DNA of 64,000 bases from the NCBI GenBank assembly GCA_963702205.1, contig OY969724.1, positions 2,848,001 to 2,912,000 of the forward strand, written 5' to 3'. Position 1 is the stretch's first letter. Each line of letters begins with the position of its first letter. The position numbers and the translations under genes were made by a program. Source of the stretch: an uncultured candidate division Zixibacteria bacterium (GTDB lineage: Bacteria > Zixibacteria > MSB-5A5 > GN15 > PGXB01). Positions 44,521 to 55,007 of the stretch are shown here, piece after piece. The notes below the pieces were generated by a model that saw only the letters and a list, made by a program, of their open reading frames with translations, ran no database searches and was not told where the DNA came from.

Positions 44521-44999
44521 GTAGGTCGAAACCCCCGCGGTTTCGACATCTTCAATTGCACCATAAACCACATTTCAGAAACCCTGCATAGAATGTCGAG
44601 CCACCAGGGCCTTAGAAATTGCTTTCCAGATATATCGAAAGCCTAACTATAAGTTTGGGTGTATTTACATTATCATACTCTTGATACCATTCAGCCCCCA
44701 CCCCGTAAGGATCATAGCCACCCGTTGGGTGGGCTACAAATCTTGTAGGTCAGGAGCCGTGCCGAAGGTCCTGAACGAAGTGCAGGGTGCTCCTGACATC
44801 TTCTCTTGCGAGAAACCCGACATAGAATGTCCGGCTACGCCGACCATATATTCAACAAATTCATTGTATGGTGCATCATCGCAACTTGCACCCGTTGGGT
44901 GGGCTACAAATCTGTCGGGCCACCCAAACCATATTTTCATCAAATACATTGCATGTTGCATTATCGCAACTTGCCACCCGTTGGGTGGGCTACAAATCT
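44521..44999. repeat. Dense REP/REPIN mosaic
   Basis: GTAG REPs at 44521-44550 and 44745-44800; three CACCCGTTGGGTGGGCTAC copies (44719, 44889, 44975); CATAGAATGTC units at ~44587 and ~44821. Confidence 0.9.
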
Positions 45000-45058
45000 T
45001 ATCCGATCATTCGATTTTGCGTTTTTTGGTTTTCATATTACCGCTCAAAAATTTTCCA

Positions 45059-45640
45059 TTAAGCCACCTCGCACGCCGTCTGGCAGATAGATTTCATTTT
45101 CTTCAGAAAGTTGGAGCGGATATCATCGTTCGATTCATCAGCCAGCATCTGCAAGTAATTCCTGAATTCTTTCATCAGGCATTCGTGAAACAGTCTGCGG
45201 TTGACAATCAGCCCACGATCGTCGGCGGAATACGCCACCATCGGATCAGAGGTATTGTTGACTATTTTCGAACTGCCGCGAAGTTCGGCCTGATGCAATA
45301 TGCCGCAGCGTATATGCCTGTAAAAAAGCTCGGCCTGGCGCGTTTCAAAGTACTTTCCGAACGACGTTCCTGTTAAAAACGTGATGAAATAATCTTTCGA
45401 TTTACCGGTCGGGGTCCTGTTGACGCCTTCACGAAACTGCTGAAGCATTTCGATCAAAAGGCAGTCGAGCGCCATTACCGCAAACCCCGCGTAGGCGCAG
45501 CTTTCGATTTGCTCTATCGGCCGCAGGAATCGTTCTTCGGTACGTTCCTTGAATATATTTATCGCACAGCCCCAGTCTTTTTCGGAATCAAAGGATATGC
45601 TATGCCAGTCCTGTGCGGTAAACGACGGCGATATTTTCAT
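45059..45640 (-). CDS. Hypothetical protein, candidate HEPN-like
   Basis: LLIEML..IRCGILHQAE (RxxxxH). Confidence 0.6.
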   Translation of the reverse strand: MKISPSFTAQDWHSISFDSEKDWGCAINIFKERTEERFLRPIEQIESCAYAGFAVMALDCLLIEMLQQFREGVNRTPTGKSKDYFITFLTGTSFGKYFETRQAELFYRHIRCGILHQAELRGSSKIVNNTSDPMVAYSADDRGLIVNRRLFHECLMKEFRNYLQMLADESNDDIRSNFLKKMKSICQTACEVA

Positions 45641-45662
45641 CGTCCTCTCCCAATAGTAGAAA

Positions 45663-46981
45663 TTACTTCGGCATGCCGGTCTTAGTCATAAGTTCCTGCA
45701 GTCTTTTGTAACCGGTGCTGTCGGGATCGACTTTAAGCAGCTCATTTTGAAAATTATCGAAGCTAAACAGGCGGCCTTTATAATCGGAATACATGATTCT
45801 CAACAGAGCGTAGTACTTATCGTCACCTATTTTCTGACGCAGCAGGTCGCACACGTACGGACCCTTCCCGACCAGCACTTTGCTTTTGACATCGGTGCGG
45901 GGCAGATCAATATCAAGCAGAGCGGGTTCATCGATGTTGCCTTCGACCTCACGGTAAATCCCCAGAAGAGCCTGCAGGGAATCCTGCAGCGCCTGTTTGC
46001 CTTCACCATGAGTAATGTACAACAGCTTCAGATGCTGCGGCAGCGACAGGCTTAAAAAAAACGCTCCCGGTCCGCGCAGTTCGGGATAGACACCATACCC
46101 GATCCACTCCACCGCCGTCATCGAGCCGAGTTCTTCATAATTTCCGTCGAGAAACCGCCCAATAACGTCCGGCCCGATAAACATCATCCCCGGACCAACT
46201 TCGGCCCCGGGGCGATTCGGCGTTTCGATTATCGACAGACGTTTGTACGAATATGGTCCGATTTTATCGGAGTAGAAATCCATCGCGGCTCCGGCCTGCT
46301 GGGCGATTTTTTCCTGCGAAGTATTGTCCACCGTCTCGGCATAGAAATATATTTCGGTTCCCGATTCCGGGCATTTGTACATAGTAGTTTGATATAAATT
46401 GTCCTGCGCCAAAAGCAGCGATATCCGGTTGGTCGGGGTATCAGATTTCCAGACGTATTCTTTTCTGTCGTTTCTGTCGGAAATCGAGACGAGATCGCCG
46501 TTGCTTATGGTAATATATTCAGGATAAACGACGGCCGTCAATTTGAATGTGGCCAGGTCGTTGTTAATTTGCGGATACCATACTTTATTTTGTTCCAGGA
46601 TGAATTTATCGGTAATGTCGGGCGCGGGGAGCGTGTATACGAACTTCACCCGTAGCAGGCTGTCATCGTGCAATTCCGGGGTACAATAACCTTGAAAACA
46701 CGCCATTCAAAATGCGATTGAGTGGGGACCGATCCGTCCGGCGACGACAATACAACACTGTCCAGCTCGGCGAATTGAGTAAAGTACATGCCGATCGTAT
46801 CGATGTCGGCGGCTTTGGAAACCTCGATCATACAATTCACGCGGAAGACAGAATCGGCTTTATCGTGTACGACATGAATATCATAATGTCGTATATCAAT
46901 CGATACCGCTCCCGCCGTCTGAGATAAGGCAGCGAACAAGAGAATTGCGAAAAACAGGCTCAGTATTTTATTTTTGGTCAC
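45663..46981 (-). CDS. Secreted M1-aminopeptidase-like protein lacking HExxH, frameshifted at ~46678-46681
   Basis: Signal peptide and IRHYDIHV; FYSDKIGPYSYKRLSIIE; GKGPYVCDLLRQKIGD. Adding one base to the G4 run joins the two ORFs. Confidence 0.7.
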
Positions 46982-47017
46982 GTCAATCCCCGCAATTTAT
47001 TAATAGTCATAATTATC

Positions 47018-49162
47018 TTACTGATTTAAATCCTTCACTTTCATATCGAGTACTTTAAAAAGGAAACCGTACGTGTCGGCGACCTCATTGATGATGACAT
47101 CGGTTGCCAGTGTATGCCCGTGACCGCCCATGCGTTCGACCCGCAGCAAGATCGGATTTTTGCCTGAATCGGCCGCCTGAAGCGCCGCCGCGAATTTTTT
47201 GGCGTGGCCGGGCGAAACCCGATCGTCACCGTCGGCGGTGGTGATCAGGGCCGCAGGGTAGGTCGTCCCCTTCATTATATTATGGTACGGCGAGTACGCC
47301 CTGAGATATTTGAACTGATCGGGATCGAGATCGGCGTTGCCATACTCGCCCTGCCACCAGTGCCCCACACCCATATTTTGATAGCGCAGCATATCGGTCA
47401 GGGGAACTTCGCAGACAACCGCTCCGAACAGGTCCGGCCGCTGCACCATACAGGCCGCAACCAGCAGCCCTCCGTTGGAGCCGCCTTCGATAGCCAGCTT
47501 TGATGTATTGCTGTACTTAGCCTTTATAAGGTACTCCGCGGCGGCGATGAAATCATCGAATACATTTTGCTTGTTTTCGAGCATACCGGCGCGGTGCCAC
47601 GCCTCGCCGTACTCATTGCCTCCCCGCGTCACCGCCACCGCCAGGATGCCTCCTTGTTTCATCCACAACGAGCGCGACACCGAGAAAAACGGCGTCTGGT
47701 TAACCTGGAAGCCACCGTAACCGTACAAAAGCGTTGGGTTGGAACCATCCTGCTTCAGCGTCTTAAGATGCGTTATAAAAATCGGGATGCGCGTGCCGTC
47801 CTTAGATTCACCAAACTCCAGCCTAGTGACGAAAAGATCAGGGTTGAAATCGACGTCCGATTTAAAAAAGGTCGTAAGACTGTCCTTGTCGAAATCGTAT
47901 TTGAATATCGTATTCGGATACAGGAACGACCCGAAATTAATAAACACATGCCGGTCTTTCTGGCGGCACGATATAGCGTCGACCGTACCCATCGTGGGCA
48001 GCGGGATTTCATTTTCAAACGAGCCGTCGAGAAAATACACATACAATTTGCTGTGGGCGTCATGGAGATATCGTCCCACGAATTTCATGTTGACCAGCTT
48101 TATCCCCTCGAGCACGTCATCGCGTTCCGAGACAACCTCATTCCAGGCCGTTCTCTCCGGCTTTCTGACATTGATTGAAATCACCCGCCCCAGCGGGGCA
48201 TTGAGATCGGTTTGGAAATAAAACGTGAAGTCGTAATTTCCGAGGAAGCGATATTCGGCATCCCAGTCGTTCAGCAGTTTGACAACCGGGCCATTTTCCT
48301 GGAGATTTTTAAAATAAACCAGGTTCTCGCGGTCGGTTCCGCGCCAGACGTGGATAACCAGAAATCGTCCGTCCTCGGTCACCTGCGGCTCGAAACCGTA
48401 GCGCTTGTTGACCTGGTCTTCATAGACGATGACATCCTCGGACTGCGGTGTCCCCAGCGTATGCCAACAGACTTTCTGATAATAGGTCATATCTTCTTCG
48501 TTTTCAACCTCGTCCGGCCTGGGGAAACGGCTGTAGAAAAAGCCACTGTCGTTGGGTAGCCATGACGGAGCATCAAGACGGGTATAGCGGATTGTGTCGG
48601 CGAGGAATTTACCGGTGTCGATATCTTTGATCAGAATCAACTGTTCGTCGTGTCCGCTGTACGATAACCCGCAGGCGATATAACGCCCGTCGGGGCTGAT
48701 CGAGTATGTGCCCAAACCGACCGAACCATCGGGGGCGAATTTATTGGGATCAAATACCACGACCGGATCGGTCTGACCATCTATCTGCATATAAAGAACC
48801 GACTGGTTTTGCAGACCTTCATTTTTCTCATAAAACAGCCGCCCGTCTTTTTGTCTGGGAGTTGAATACTTGGTGTAGTCGTACATTTTGGCGTATTCAT
48901 TGCGGAATTTCTCGCGTTCGGGCGTATCGACAAAATCCTGGGTCAGCTTGTTCTCGGCGTCGACCCAGGCTTGTGTTTCGGGTGAATCGGCGTCTTCGAG
49001 CCAGCGGTAGGGATCGGTAATCTTGACGCCGAAATAATCATCGACCACCTGCTTGAGCGGGGCCTCCGGGTAGGTGAATTTCTCACCGGCCAAAGATACC
49101 GAAGACAGAGCCGCAGCCGCGACGACGGCGGCAAAGGTTAATCTTTTCAGCCTGGTTTTCAT
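47018..49162 (-). CDS. Prolyl oligopeptidase (S9A) with signal peptide
   Basis: DPYRWLED, YGYGGF, GGSNGG, DDRV, GGHG. Confidence 0.96.
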   Translation of the reverse strand: MKTRLKRLTFAAVVAAAALSSVSLAGEKFTYPEAPLKQVVDDYFGVKITDPYRWLEDADSPETQAWVDAENKLTQDFVDTPEREKFRNEYAKMYDYTKYSTPRQKDGRLFYEKNEGLQNQSVLYMQIDGQTDPVVVFDPNKFAPDGSVGLGTYSISPDGRYIACGLSYSGHDEQLILIKDIDTGKFLADTIRYTRLDAPSWLPNDSGFFYSRFPRPDEVENEEDMTYYQKVCWHTLGTPQSEDVIVYEDQVNKRYGFEPQVTEDGRFLVIHVWRGTDRENLVYFKNLQENGPVVKLLNDWDAEYRFLGNYDFTFYFQTDLNAPLGRVISINVRKPERTAWNEVVSERDDVLEGIKLVNMKFVGRYLHDAHSKLYVYFLDGSFENEIPLPTMGTVDAISCRQKDRHVFINFGSFLYPNTIFKYDFDKDSLTTFFKSDVDFNPDLFVTRLEFGESKDGTRIPIFITHLKTLKQDGSNPTLLYGYGGFQVNQTPFFSVSRSLWMKQGGILAVAVTRGGNEYGEAWHRAGMLENKQNVFDDFIAAAEYLIKAKYSNTSKLAIEGGSNGGLLVAACMVQRPDLFGAVVCEVPLTDMLRYQNMGVGHWWQGEYGNADLDPDQFKYLRAYSPYHNIMKGTTYPAALITTADGDDRVSPGHAKKFAAALQAADSGKNPILLRVERMGGHGHTLATDVIINEVADTYGFLFKVLDMKVKDLNQ

Positions 49163-49240
49163 AAACGATCTCCCATTTTGTTATTTTACAGGAAAATAGA
49201 CAATAGGTTTGATTTTAGCAAGCGCCACACCAAAAAGCTG

Positions 49241-49549
49241 TCAGCTCGAACTGGCTTTGCCGAACAGGAATTTGGAGAATAGAGTGATTGTGGCCGAAAC
49301 GACCAGCAGAGTGAATTTGGGGTCGATCTGCTGCATGATAAAATAAGCCAGCAGGACCGGTATAATAATGTAGAGGACTAATTTAAACAGGATCTTGATA
49401 ATCTTTATGACAGACAATACAACCAGCCCCATAAAAATCGCGATCTCGATTATGAGCCCCGGCGGCCCGAACGCGTCGAGGATTTCCTTTTTTAAATAGA
49501 TCAAAGCGTCCGGCGCTTTTTCGATTATTTTCGCCAGAATTTCTTCCAC
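49241..49549 (-). CDS. Small hypothetical membrane protein
   Basis: About three hydrophobic segments; GTG start. Confidence 0.55.
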   Translation of the reverse strand: MEEILAKIIEKAPDALIYLKKEILDAFGPPGLIIEIAIFMGLVVLSVIKIIKILFKLVLYIIIPVLLAYFIMQQIDPKFTLLVVSATITLFSKFLFGKASSS

Positions 49550-49771
49550 GGCCTTACCGAGATATGTAATTATTCAACAGGCTGTCAGAGAGGATATTTC
49601 TATAGGCGCACCTGGTTTCTCCAATTGTATTTTAAGCAATATTGGGAAGTATGTCTACAAAAATATCTACTTTAAGAGGGTAAAAGCACAGCGACACATT
49701 GACAATCACCCAAGCCGACTTACGCCCTGCACATGAAGTATTACTTTAACCATAGCACCGATCCCCGACAA

Positions 49772-50161
49772 TGTCATTCCCGCGCACGCGGGAATCCAGC
49801 GAAGTAGGTCGGGTTCCGAGTTTTTGAGAAACCCGACATAGAATGTCGGGCCACCCAGTCAATCGCATAGGTCACGCCCACTCGGGGCGTGACATCTTTC
49901 AAGAATGTTTAATCTCTAAAGAGATTTCAAGCGACCGGCAGACGCCCTCGTCTGCCGGTTAATAGGTCGAAGCGTTCCGTCGGGTGTTGATTTCGACGTG
50001 GTCGAAATTGTCACCCGACGGAAACCGTTGAAAGACCGCCGGGTCACATCCCGACTTCGTCGGGACAAGACCCCGCGAAACTTAAAAAGAGTACTTTTGG
50101 GACAGCCTCAGGGCGTCTGCCGCGCACAATATGTAATCTTGTAACCCACCCAACGGGTGGG
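49772..50161. repeat. REP/MITE mosaic
   Basis: TGTCATTCCCGCG..GCGGGAATCCAG 49772-49799; GTAG REP doublet from 49804; REP 49867-49896; ACCGGCAGACG..CGTCTGCCGGT from 49934; hairpins 49975-50023 and 50041-50074; TIR-like end 50095-50110; GTAACCCACCCAACGGGTGG 50141-50160. Confidence 0.88.
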
Positions 50162-50180
50162 AAATTACTTACGCGCAATA

Positions 50181-50855
50181 CTAAACTCTAATCACACAAA
50201 AGACACTGGAGCTGTCAACCGTCTCAATCCGGGCAGTCAAACCAAGTTCATCTATTATTCGACCGAACTCCGATGGCCCATAGGTGGTCGCGGTGAAACC
50301 ATCCTTACAGACAATTTTGCCGTCGCCGGTTTTGTCCCAGTCTATCTCCCCCAGCAGCCCTTCTCTGGATTGAAGCTCGAACCACTCCCGACGATGCGGC
50401 CAGAATTCCTCGGCATAACTGGAAAACAGCGCCACTCCCCCGGGTTTGGTGACGCGCATCGCTTCGGGGATAAGGATTTTGGGCTCGATATGAAACGCCG
50501 ACAGCCCGTTTTGAATGCAGAAAGTGACGTCGAACGTTTGATCGTCGAAAGCCATGCACGTGGCATCCATCACCGCTAAGCGGACATTTTCAACGCCTTT
50601 CAAATAATCTTTGGCGTCGGTGATGCTCGATGGCGAGTTGTCGATGCCATAAAGTATTTTGAAATCCCCGGCCAGTTGAGCCATCGCCCGGCCATAGCCG
50701 CATCCCAGTTCCAAACCGAGCGCCTTCTCGCCCGCGAATGACCGCACGAATTCAAATTCGGCCTCGAAGTACTGCCGTACCCTCGGCGGCGCGAGGGCAT
50801 ATACTTTTCTGAGCCTTTCCGCAACCAGCCGGTCTTTGTAATAGTCGAATGGCAT
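50181..50855 (-). CDS. Class I SAM-dependent methyltransferase
   Basis: LELGCGYG, GIDNS, MDA, RVTKPGG. Confidence 0.92.
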   Translation of the reverse strand: MPFDYYKDRLVAERLRKVYALAPPRVRQYFEAEFEFVRSFAGEKALGLELGCGYGRAMAQLAGDFKILYGIDNSPSSITDAKDYLKGVENVRLAVMDATCMAFDDQTFDVTFCIQNGLSAFHIEPKILIPEAMRVTKPGGVALFSSYAEEFWPHRREWFELQSREGLLGEIDWDKTGDGKIVCKDGFTATTYGPSEFGRIIDELGLTARIETVDSSSVFCVIRV

Positions 50856-50987
50856 GGGTTAAATATATGGATTTATGGAAGGGTTTCAAGGGGGTGCCCC
50901 GCCCGAATGATTTGAATTAACCGAAGCAATTGTAGCATCATAGTTGCATATCTAAGAATATCCATTATATTGAATTAAGGGAGGCAC

Positions 50988-52190
50988 ATGATGAAAGCAA
51001 CCACGCTCTTTATTATACTTATCGCCGCATTGATATTTACTTCGGCCAGTGCAGATGATATTAATAATCCTATTGATATCTATTTGCATCCATATAGAAT
51101 GATAAATGCCCGAGATACCAGAAATGATTCCGTTTATGCGGGTTCATTAGAATTCACTCAATTGCCCCAGTACGAAAAAACGACAGATGTCATCATTAAA
51201 CATGTTTGCTGGTTTGATACGGAAAAAGGATTTGTATTCTTGTGCAGCAATCATTTTGAAACCGGCTATATTATGGACGATTATTGGATTGAATTTCCGG
51301 GCGAATATCATAAAGGTGATACCATCTCTGCGATATTTCGTATAACCCCCAATCGAATTGGCTATATGGACTTAGGTTTTTCAGTTTTTGAAATCCCGGA
51401 TAATTTATCAGCGAATTATACTTCAATGAGGCCACGAATAGGTGAGACAATAAGCGCCGGCTTACGATTAGGGATTGACGGAAAAACTGCTGCCATAAAA
51501 TCGTTTAAATGTGACTCCAGGTTCGTTTCGCCATTCGGTGTATCACGCGAACTCCTAATCGATAGCATGGTCTTTTTTAAGGACCCCAAGCCTATAGTTC
51601 ATAAATATTCGGCTCCCATAAATGAGGAATTAAAAGGGCTCGCCAACTCTTATATATTTTCCGTAAAGGTTGTGGCAAGACCAAGTCTCGACAGCAAAAA
51701 TGAGCTTGGAATCGACTGTTATGTATCTCCTTACCATAATCTTGAAAAAGGTATTGGTTTTATGATCATGCACCCGGATGGGGTTGATGTGTCCGATTGT
51801 GCACCGAGCGTCGTTGGTCCGGTAGATTCATCTCAGGTTTATAAATTTTCCGCAAAATTAAATTTCAAGGAATCGGGTACAAATCAAATATCATTTGGTT
51901 TGCTGATTATGAATCCTGATTTCAGAAAAGAAGGGGGCGTATTTTCAGGTAGAAAGAAAAGTTACATTATAGGCAATGGGATCAGGCTTTATGTTGGAAT
52001 AGACGATAACAATAGCATCTTTTTTATTTCCAGCAAGAATCCATACGTTTATTTATCACGTCCGGAGAAATTTTTGGAGCCGCTATCGGTAATAGATAGC
52101 AGATTTCAAATAATCGAAAATCTCCCGCTTTTGCCTGATAATGAAAAAACCAAAGGTTCAGGCTTTGATCAATTAATTACTGAACCTTAG
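50988..52190 (+). CDS. AT-rich secreted hypothetical protein
   Basis: GGAGG SD, signal peptide ending ASA-D, 400-aa open frame. Confidence 0.75.
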   Translation: MMKATTLFIILIAALIFTSASADDINNPIDIYLHPYRMINARDTRNDSVYAGSLEFTQLPQYEKTTDVIIKHVCWFDTEKGFVFLCSNHFETGYIMDDYWIEFPGEYHKGDTISAIFRITPNRIGYMDLGFSVFEIPDNLSANYTSMRPRIGETISAGLRLGIDGKTAAIKSFKCDSRFVSPFGVSRELLIDSMVFFKDPKPIVHKYSAPINEELKGLANSYIFSVKVVARPSLDSKNELGIDCYVSPYHNLEKGIGFMIMHPDGVDVSDCAPSVVGPVDSSQVYKFSAKLNFKESGTNQISFGLLIMNPDFRKEGGVFSGRKKSYIIGNGIRLYVGIDDNNSIFFISSKNPYVYLSRPEKFLEPLSVIDSRFQIIENLPLLPDNEKTKGSGFDQLITEP

Positions 52191-52236
52191 TATATTCAAG
52201 TGACCCTAAGACAGTACAATTAAATATATCGCCCAT

Positions 52237-52274
52237 AAAAAAACCCGGCAGATATTTCAACCCGCCGGGTTTTT
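52237..52274. terminator. Bidirectional terminator
   Basis: AAAAAAA-CCCGGC..GCCGGG-TTTTT. Confidence 0.75.
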
Positions 52275-52300
52275 ATTTAATCGCTACATGATGCCCCGCA

Positions 52301-53701
52301 TCAATTCACTATATGTATCGCCTTTTTATTGGCGTTCAGACCGGCTTCCATCAGCGCTTCGGACAGCGTCGGATGAATCGCCATGATCTGCCCCAAATCC
52401 TCGGCGGTGCCGTCGAATTCCATCAGAGCCGTCCCGGCATAAATTATGTCGCCCGAATGCGGGCCGAATATGTGGACGCCGAGAATCTCATCGGTGTTCT
52501 TGTCGGAAATGACCTTGGTGAATCCGTCCATCGCCTGAGTCGCGATGGCTTTGCCGACGGCGCGGTACGGAAACTTGCCGATCTTGATTTCGCGGCCATC
52601 CTTCTGCGCCTGCTGTTCGGTCAGGCCGATACCGGCGATTTCCGGATCGGTGAAGACGGCGTAGGGCACGGCTTTCCAGTCGGCCCCCATCGTGTGACCC
52701 GCTATGGCTTCGACCGCCACTATCCCCTCGTGCGACGCCTTGTGCGCCAGCAACAGACCACCGGCGACGTCGCCGATAGCGAAAATCGAAGAGACATTGG
52801 TGCGGCGGTTGTTATCGGTTATGACAAAGCCGTGGTCGTCGGTTTTGACTCCGGCCTTGTGCAGATTCAAATCGGCCGTGTTCGGCTTCATGCCCGCGGC
52901 GACCAAAAGCATTTCGAACGTGAATGTTTTTTCACCATCGGGCGTATCGACGACGACGTCGATCTTGTCCTTCTTCGCTTCCGACGATTTCACTTTCGAC
53001 GACGTGTACACTTCCAGCCCCTGCTTCTTGAAAGCTTTGGCCGCGGCATCGACGATATCTTTATCCAGCGACGGCAGCACCGTGTCGAGCATCTCGATGA
53101 CGGTTACTTTGGCGCCGAGCGTATTGTACACCGAGGCCATCTCGACACCGATCGGCCCGGCCCCGATGACACCGAGACTTTTTGGCACACGAGGGATGTC
53201 GATCGCCTCTCTTGCTCCGATGACGACTTTGCCATCGTGCTTGATCATCGGCAGTTTGATCGTGGTCGTCCCGGTGGCGATGACGAAATTGTCGGAGACG
53301 ACACTGGTCCGCTCCGGATTGTCACCGTACACTTCGATTTCCTTTTCCGACACGAACGACGCTTTACCCATAAATATCTTCACGCCCGCTTTATCCAGCA
53401 GCATCTTGACGCCGCCGGTCAGGCGCTTGACGGTACTGTCTTTGTGTTTGCGCAGCAGGTCAAGATCAATCGAAATCTTCTCGGTCTTAAGACCGATTTT
53501 GGAGGCCTCTTCGACCGCCCGCTTGAGCTCGGATACGTACAGCAGGGTCTTGGACGGGATGCAGCCCCAGTTGAGACAGACGCCGCCGATGTATTCTCTT
53601 TCGATGATCGCCGTTTTAAGTCCCAGCTGCGCGGCCCGTATAGCCGCCACATAACCGCCCGGCCCGGCCCCTATTATGACAATATCAAATTTATCAGCCA
53701 T
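52301..53701 (-). CDS. lpdA: Dihydrolipoyl dehydrogenase (E3)
   Basis: GAGPGGY, GGVCLNWGCIPSK, HPTLSE. Confidence 0.98.
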   Translation of the reverse strand: MADKFDIVIIGAGPGGYVAAIRAAQLGLKTAIIEREYIGGVCLNWGCIPSKTLLYVSELKRAVEEASKIGLKTEKISIDLDLLRKHKDSTVKRLTGGVKMLLDKAGVKIFMGKASFVSEKEIEVYGDNPERTSVVSDNFVIATGTTTIKLPMIKHDGKVVIGAREAIDIPRVPKSLGVIGAGPIGVEMASVYNTLGAKVTVIEMLDTVLPSLDKDIVDAAAKAFKKQGLEVYTSSKVKSSEAKKDKIDVVVDTPDGEKTFTFEMLLVAAGMKPNTADLNLHKAGVKTDDHGFVITDNNRRTNVSSIFAIGDVAGGLLLAHKASHEGIVAVEAIAGHTMGADWKAVPYAVFTDPEIAGIGLTEQQAQKDGREIKIGKFPYRAVGKAIATQAMDGFTKVISDKNTDEILGVHIFGPHSGDIIYAGTALMEFDGTAEDLGQIMAIHPTLSEALMEAGLNANKKAIHIVN

Positions 53702-53713
53702 ATCATAAGTCCT

Positions 53714-54997
53714 TTATACCACTTCCGCCAGCCAGCTGTCGGGATCCTCGAGGAACTCGATCATGCGGCGCAGGAACTGTACGGCATAGCCGCCGTCGAC
53801 GACCCGATGATCGAACGACAGGCCGAAATTCAAGATCGGGCGGATGACGATTTCCCCGTCGCGTACGACCGGCTTTTCGACGATTTTGTGGACGCCGAGA
53901 ATCGCCACCTGCGGGGCAGCGATGATCGGGGTCGAGTTGAGGGCACCGTACACTCCGGCGTTGGTGATCGAAATCGTCCCGCCGGTGATCTCGTTCATGG
54001 TCAGCTTGTCTTCGTTGGCCTTATCGCCCAGCGTCTTCATGTCCTTGGCTATTTCGAGAAGTGATTTTTGTTCGCAGTGTTTTATGACGGGCACGATCAG
54101 CGAATTATCACGCGCGACCGCCATCCCGACGTTAAAATATTTTTTGACGTGCAATTTGTCTTCTTCGACCGTCGCGTTCACCCACGGAAATTCCCGGGCC
54201 GCGAATATGATGGCTTTGCAGATAAACGGCATGTAGGTAATCCGGACGCCGTGTTTGGCTTCGAGTTTATCGACATATTTCTTGCGCCAGGCCACCAGGC
54301 TGCTCATATCGCACTCGTCGAAAGTTGTCACGTGCGGGATGGTGAATGCCGAATTAACCATGTGTTCGCCAATAACCCTGCGGACGCCGGTGATCGGAAT
54401 AATTTCTTCCGGCTCGGCCTGCGGGAACTGGAAATCGGGCTTGATCAGGTCGACCGTATGACGCATGTCGATATATTTTAAAACGTCTTCCTTGCTGACG
54501 CGCCCGTTTTTGCCGGTTGGCTGCACTTTCCGAAGATCGATGAAGTGCTCTTTGGCCAGCCGTCGTACTATCGGTGAAGACTTGGTCGCCTTGATGCCCT
54601 CGGCTATTTCTTCGTCGTGGGCGTGCACACCCATCGATTTATGATGCTCCAGCGTTCCGACGAATTCTTTGGGCGGCTCCTTGGGCTGCTGTTCTTCGGG
54701 CACACGCTCCTCGCCGTCCTCCGGCAACTCCTGGAACGCCTTCGATTCGACCACGTCGGCCTCGGTTTCCAGCACGGCAATCGCCTGACCGATCTTGACC
54801 ACCGTATCGGGTTCGATCAGATGTTTTTTCATGACACCGTCGTGCGGCGACGGCACCTCGATATTGATCTTATCGGTCATTATCTCGACCAGGGGATCGT
54901 CGGCTTTGATCTTATCCCCTTCTTTTTTCAACCATTTGACAATAGTGCCCTCGACCACGGATTCGCCCAGCGGCGGAACGACTACTTTATATTCCAT
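53714..54997 (-). CDS. Dihydrolipoamide acyltransferase (E2)
   Basis: Lipoyl MTDKI, PSBD SPIVRRLA, catalytic DHRVVDG. Confidence 0.96.
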   Translation of the reverse strand: MEYKVVVPPLGESVVEGTIVKWLKKEGDKIKADDPLVEIMTDKINIEVPSPHDGVMKKHLIEPDTVVKIGQAIAVLETEADVVESKAFQELPEDGEERVPEEQQPKEPPKEFVGTLEHHKSMGVHAHDEEIAEGIKATKSSPIVRRLAKEHFIDLRKVQPTGKNGRVSKEDVLKYIDMRHTVDLIKPDFQFPQAEPEEIIPITGVRRVIGEHMVNSAFTIPHVTTFDECDMSSLVAWRKKYVDKLEAKHGVRITYMPFICKAIIFAAREFPWVNATVEEDKLHVKKYFNVGMAVARDNSLIVPVIKHCEQKSLLEIAKDMKTLGDKANEDKLTMNEITGGTISITNAGVYGALNSTPIIAAPQVAILGVHKIVEKPVVRDGEIVIRPILNFGLSFDHRVVDGGYAVQFLRRMIEFLEDPDSWLAEVV

Positions 54998-55007
54998 TCT
55001 TCCTCCC

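Noticed and set aside
44718..44999. Possible CRISPR array (three ~25-bp repeats)
   Set aside because: Spacing is irregular (170 and 86 bp), the intervening sequences resemble each other or contain other REPs, and there are no cas genes.
44681..45376. 231-aa ORF across the repeat cluster, and similar ORFs at 25902-26262 and 61047-61506
   Set aside because: These read through REP, bridge-RNA or antisense sequence; the repeated peptides come from the DNA repeats.
52313..54064. 583-aa plus-strand ORF and similar antisense ORFs (e.g. 307-1218, 1237-2037, 23474-24283)
   Set aside because: Antisense shadows of well-supported genes, with no recognisable motifs.
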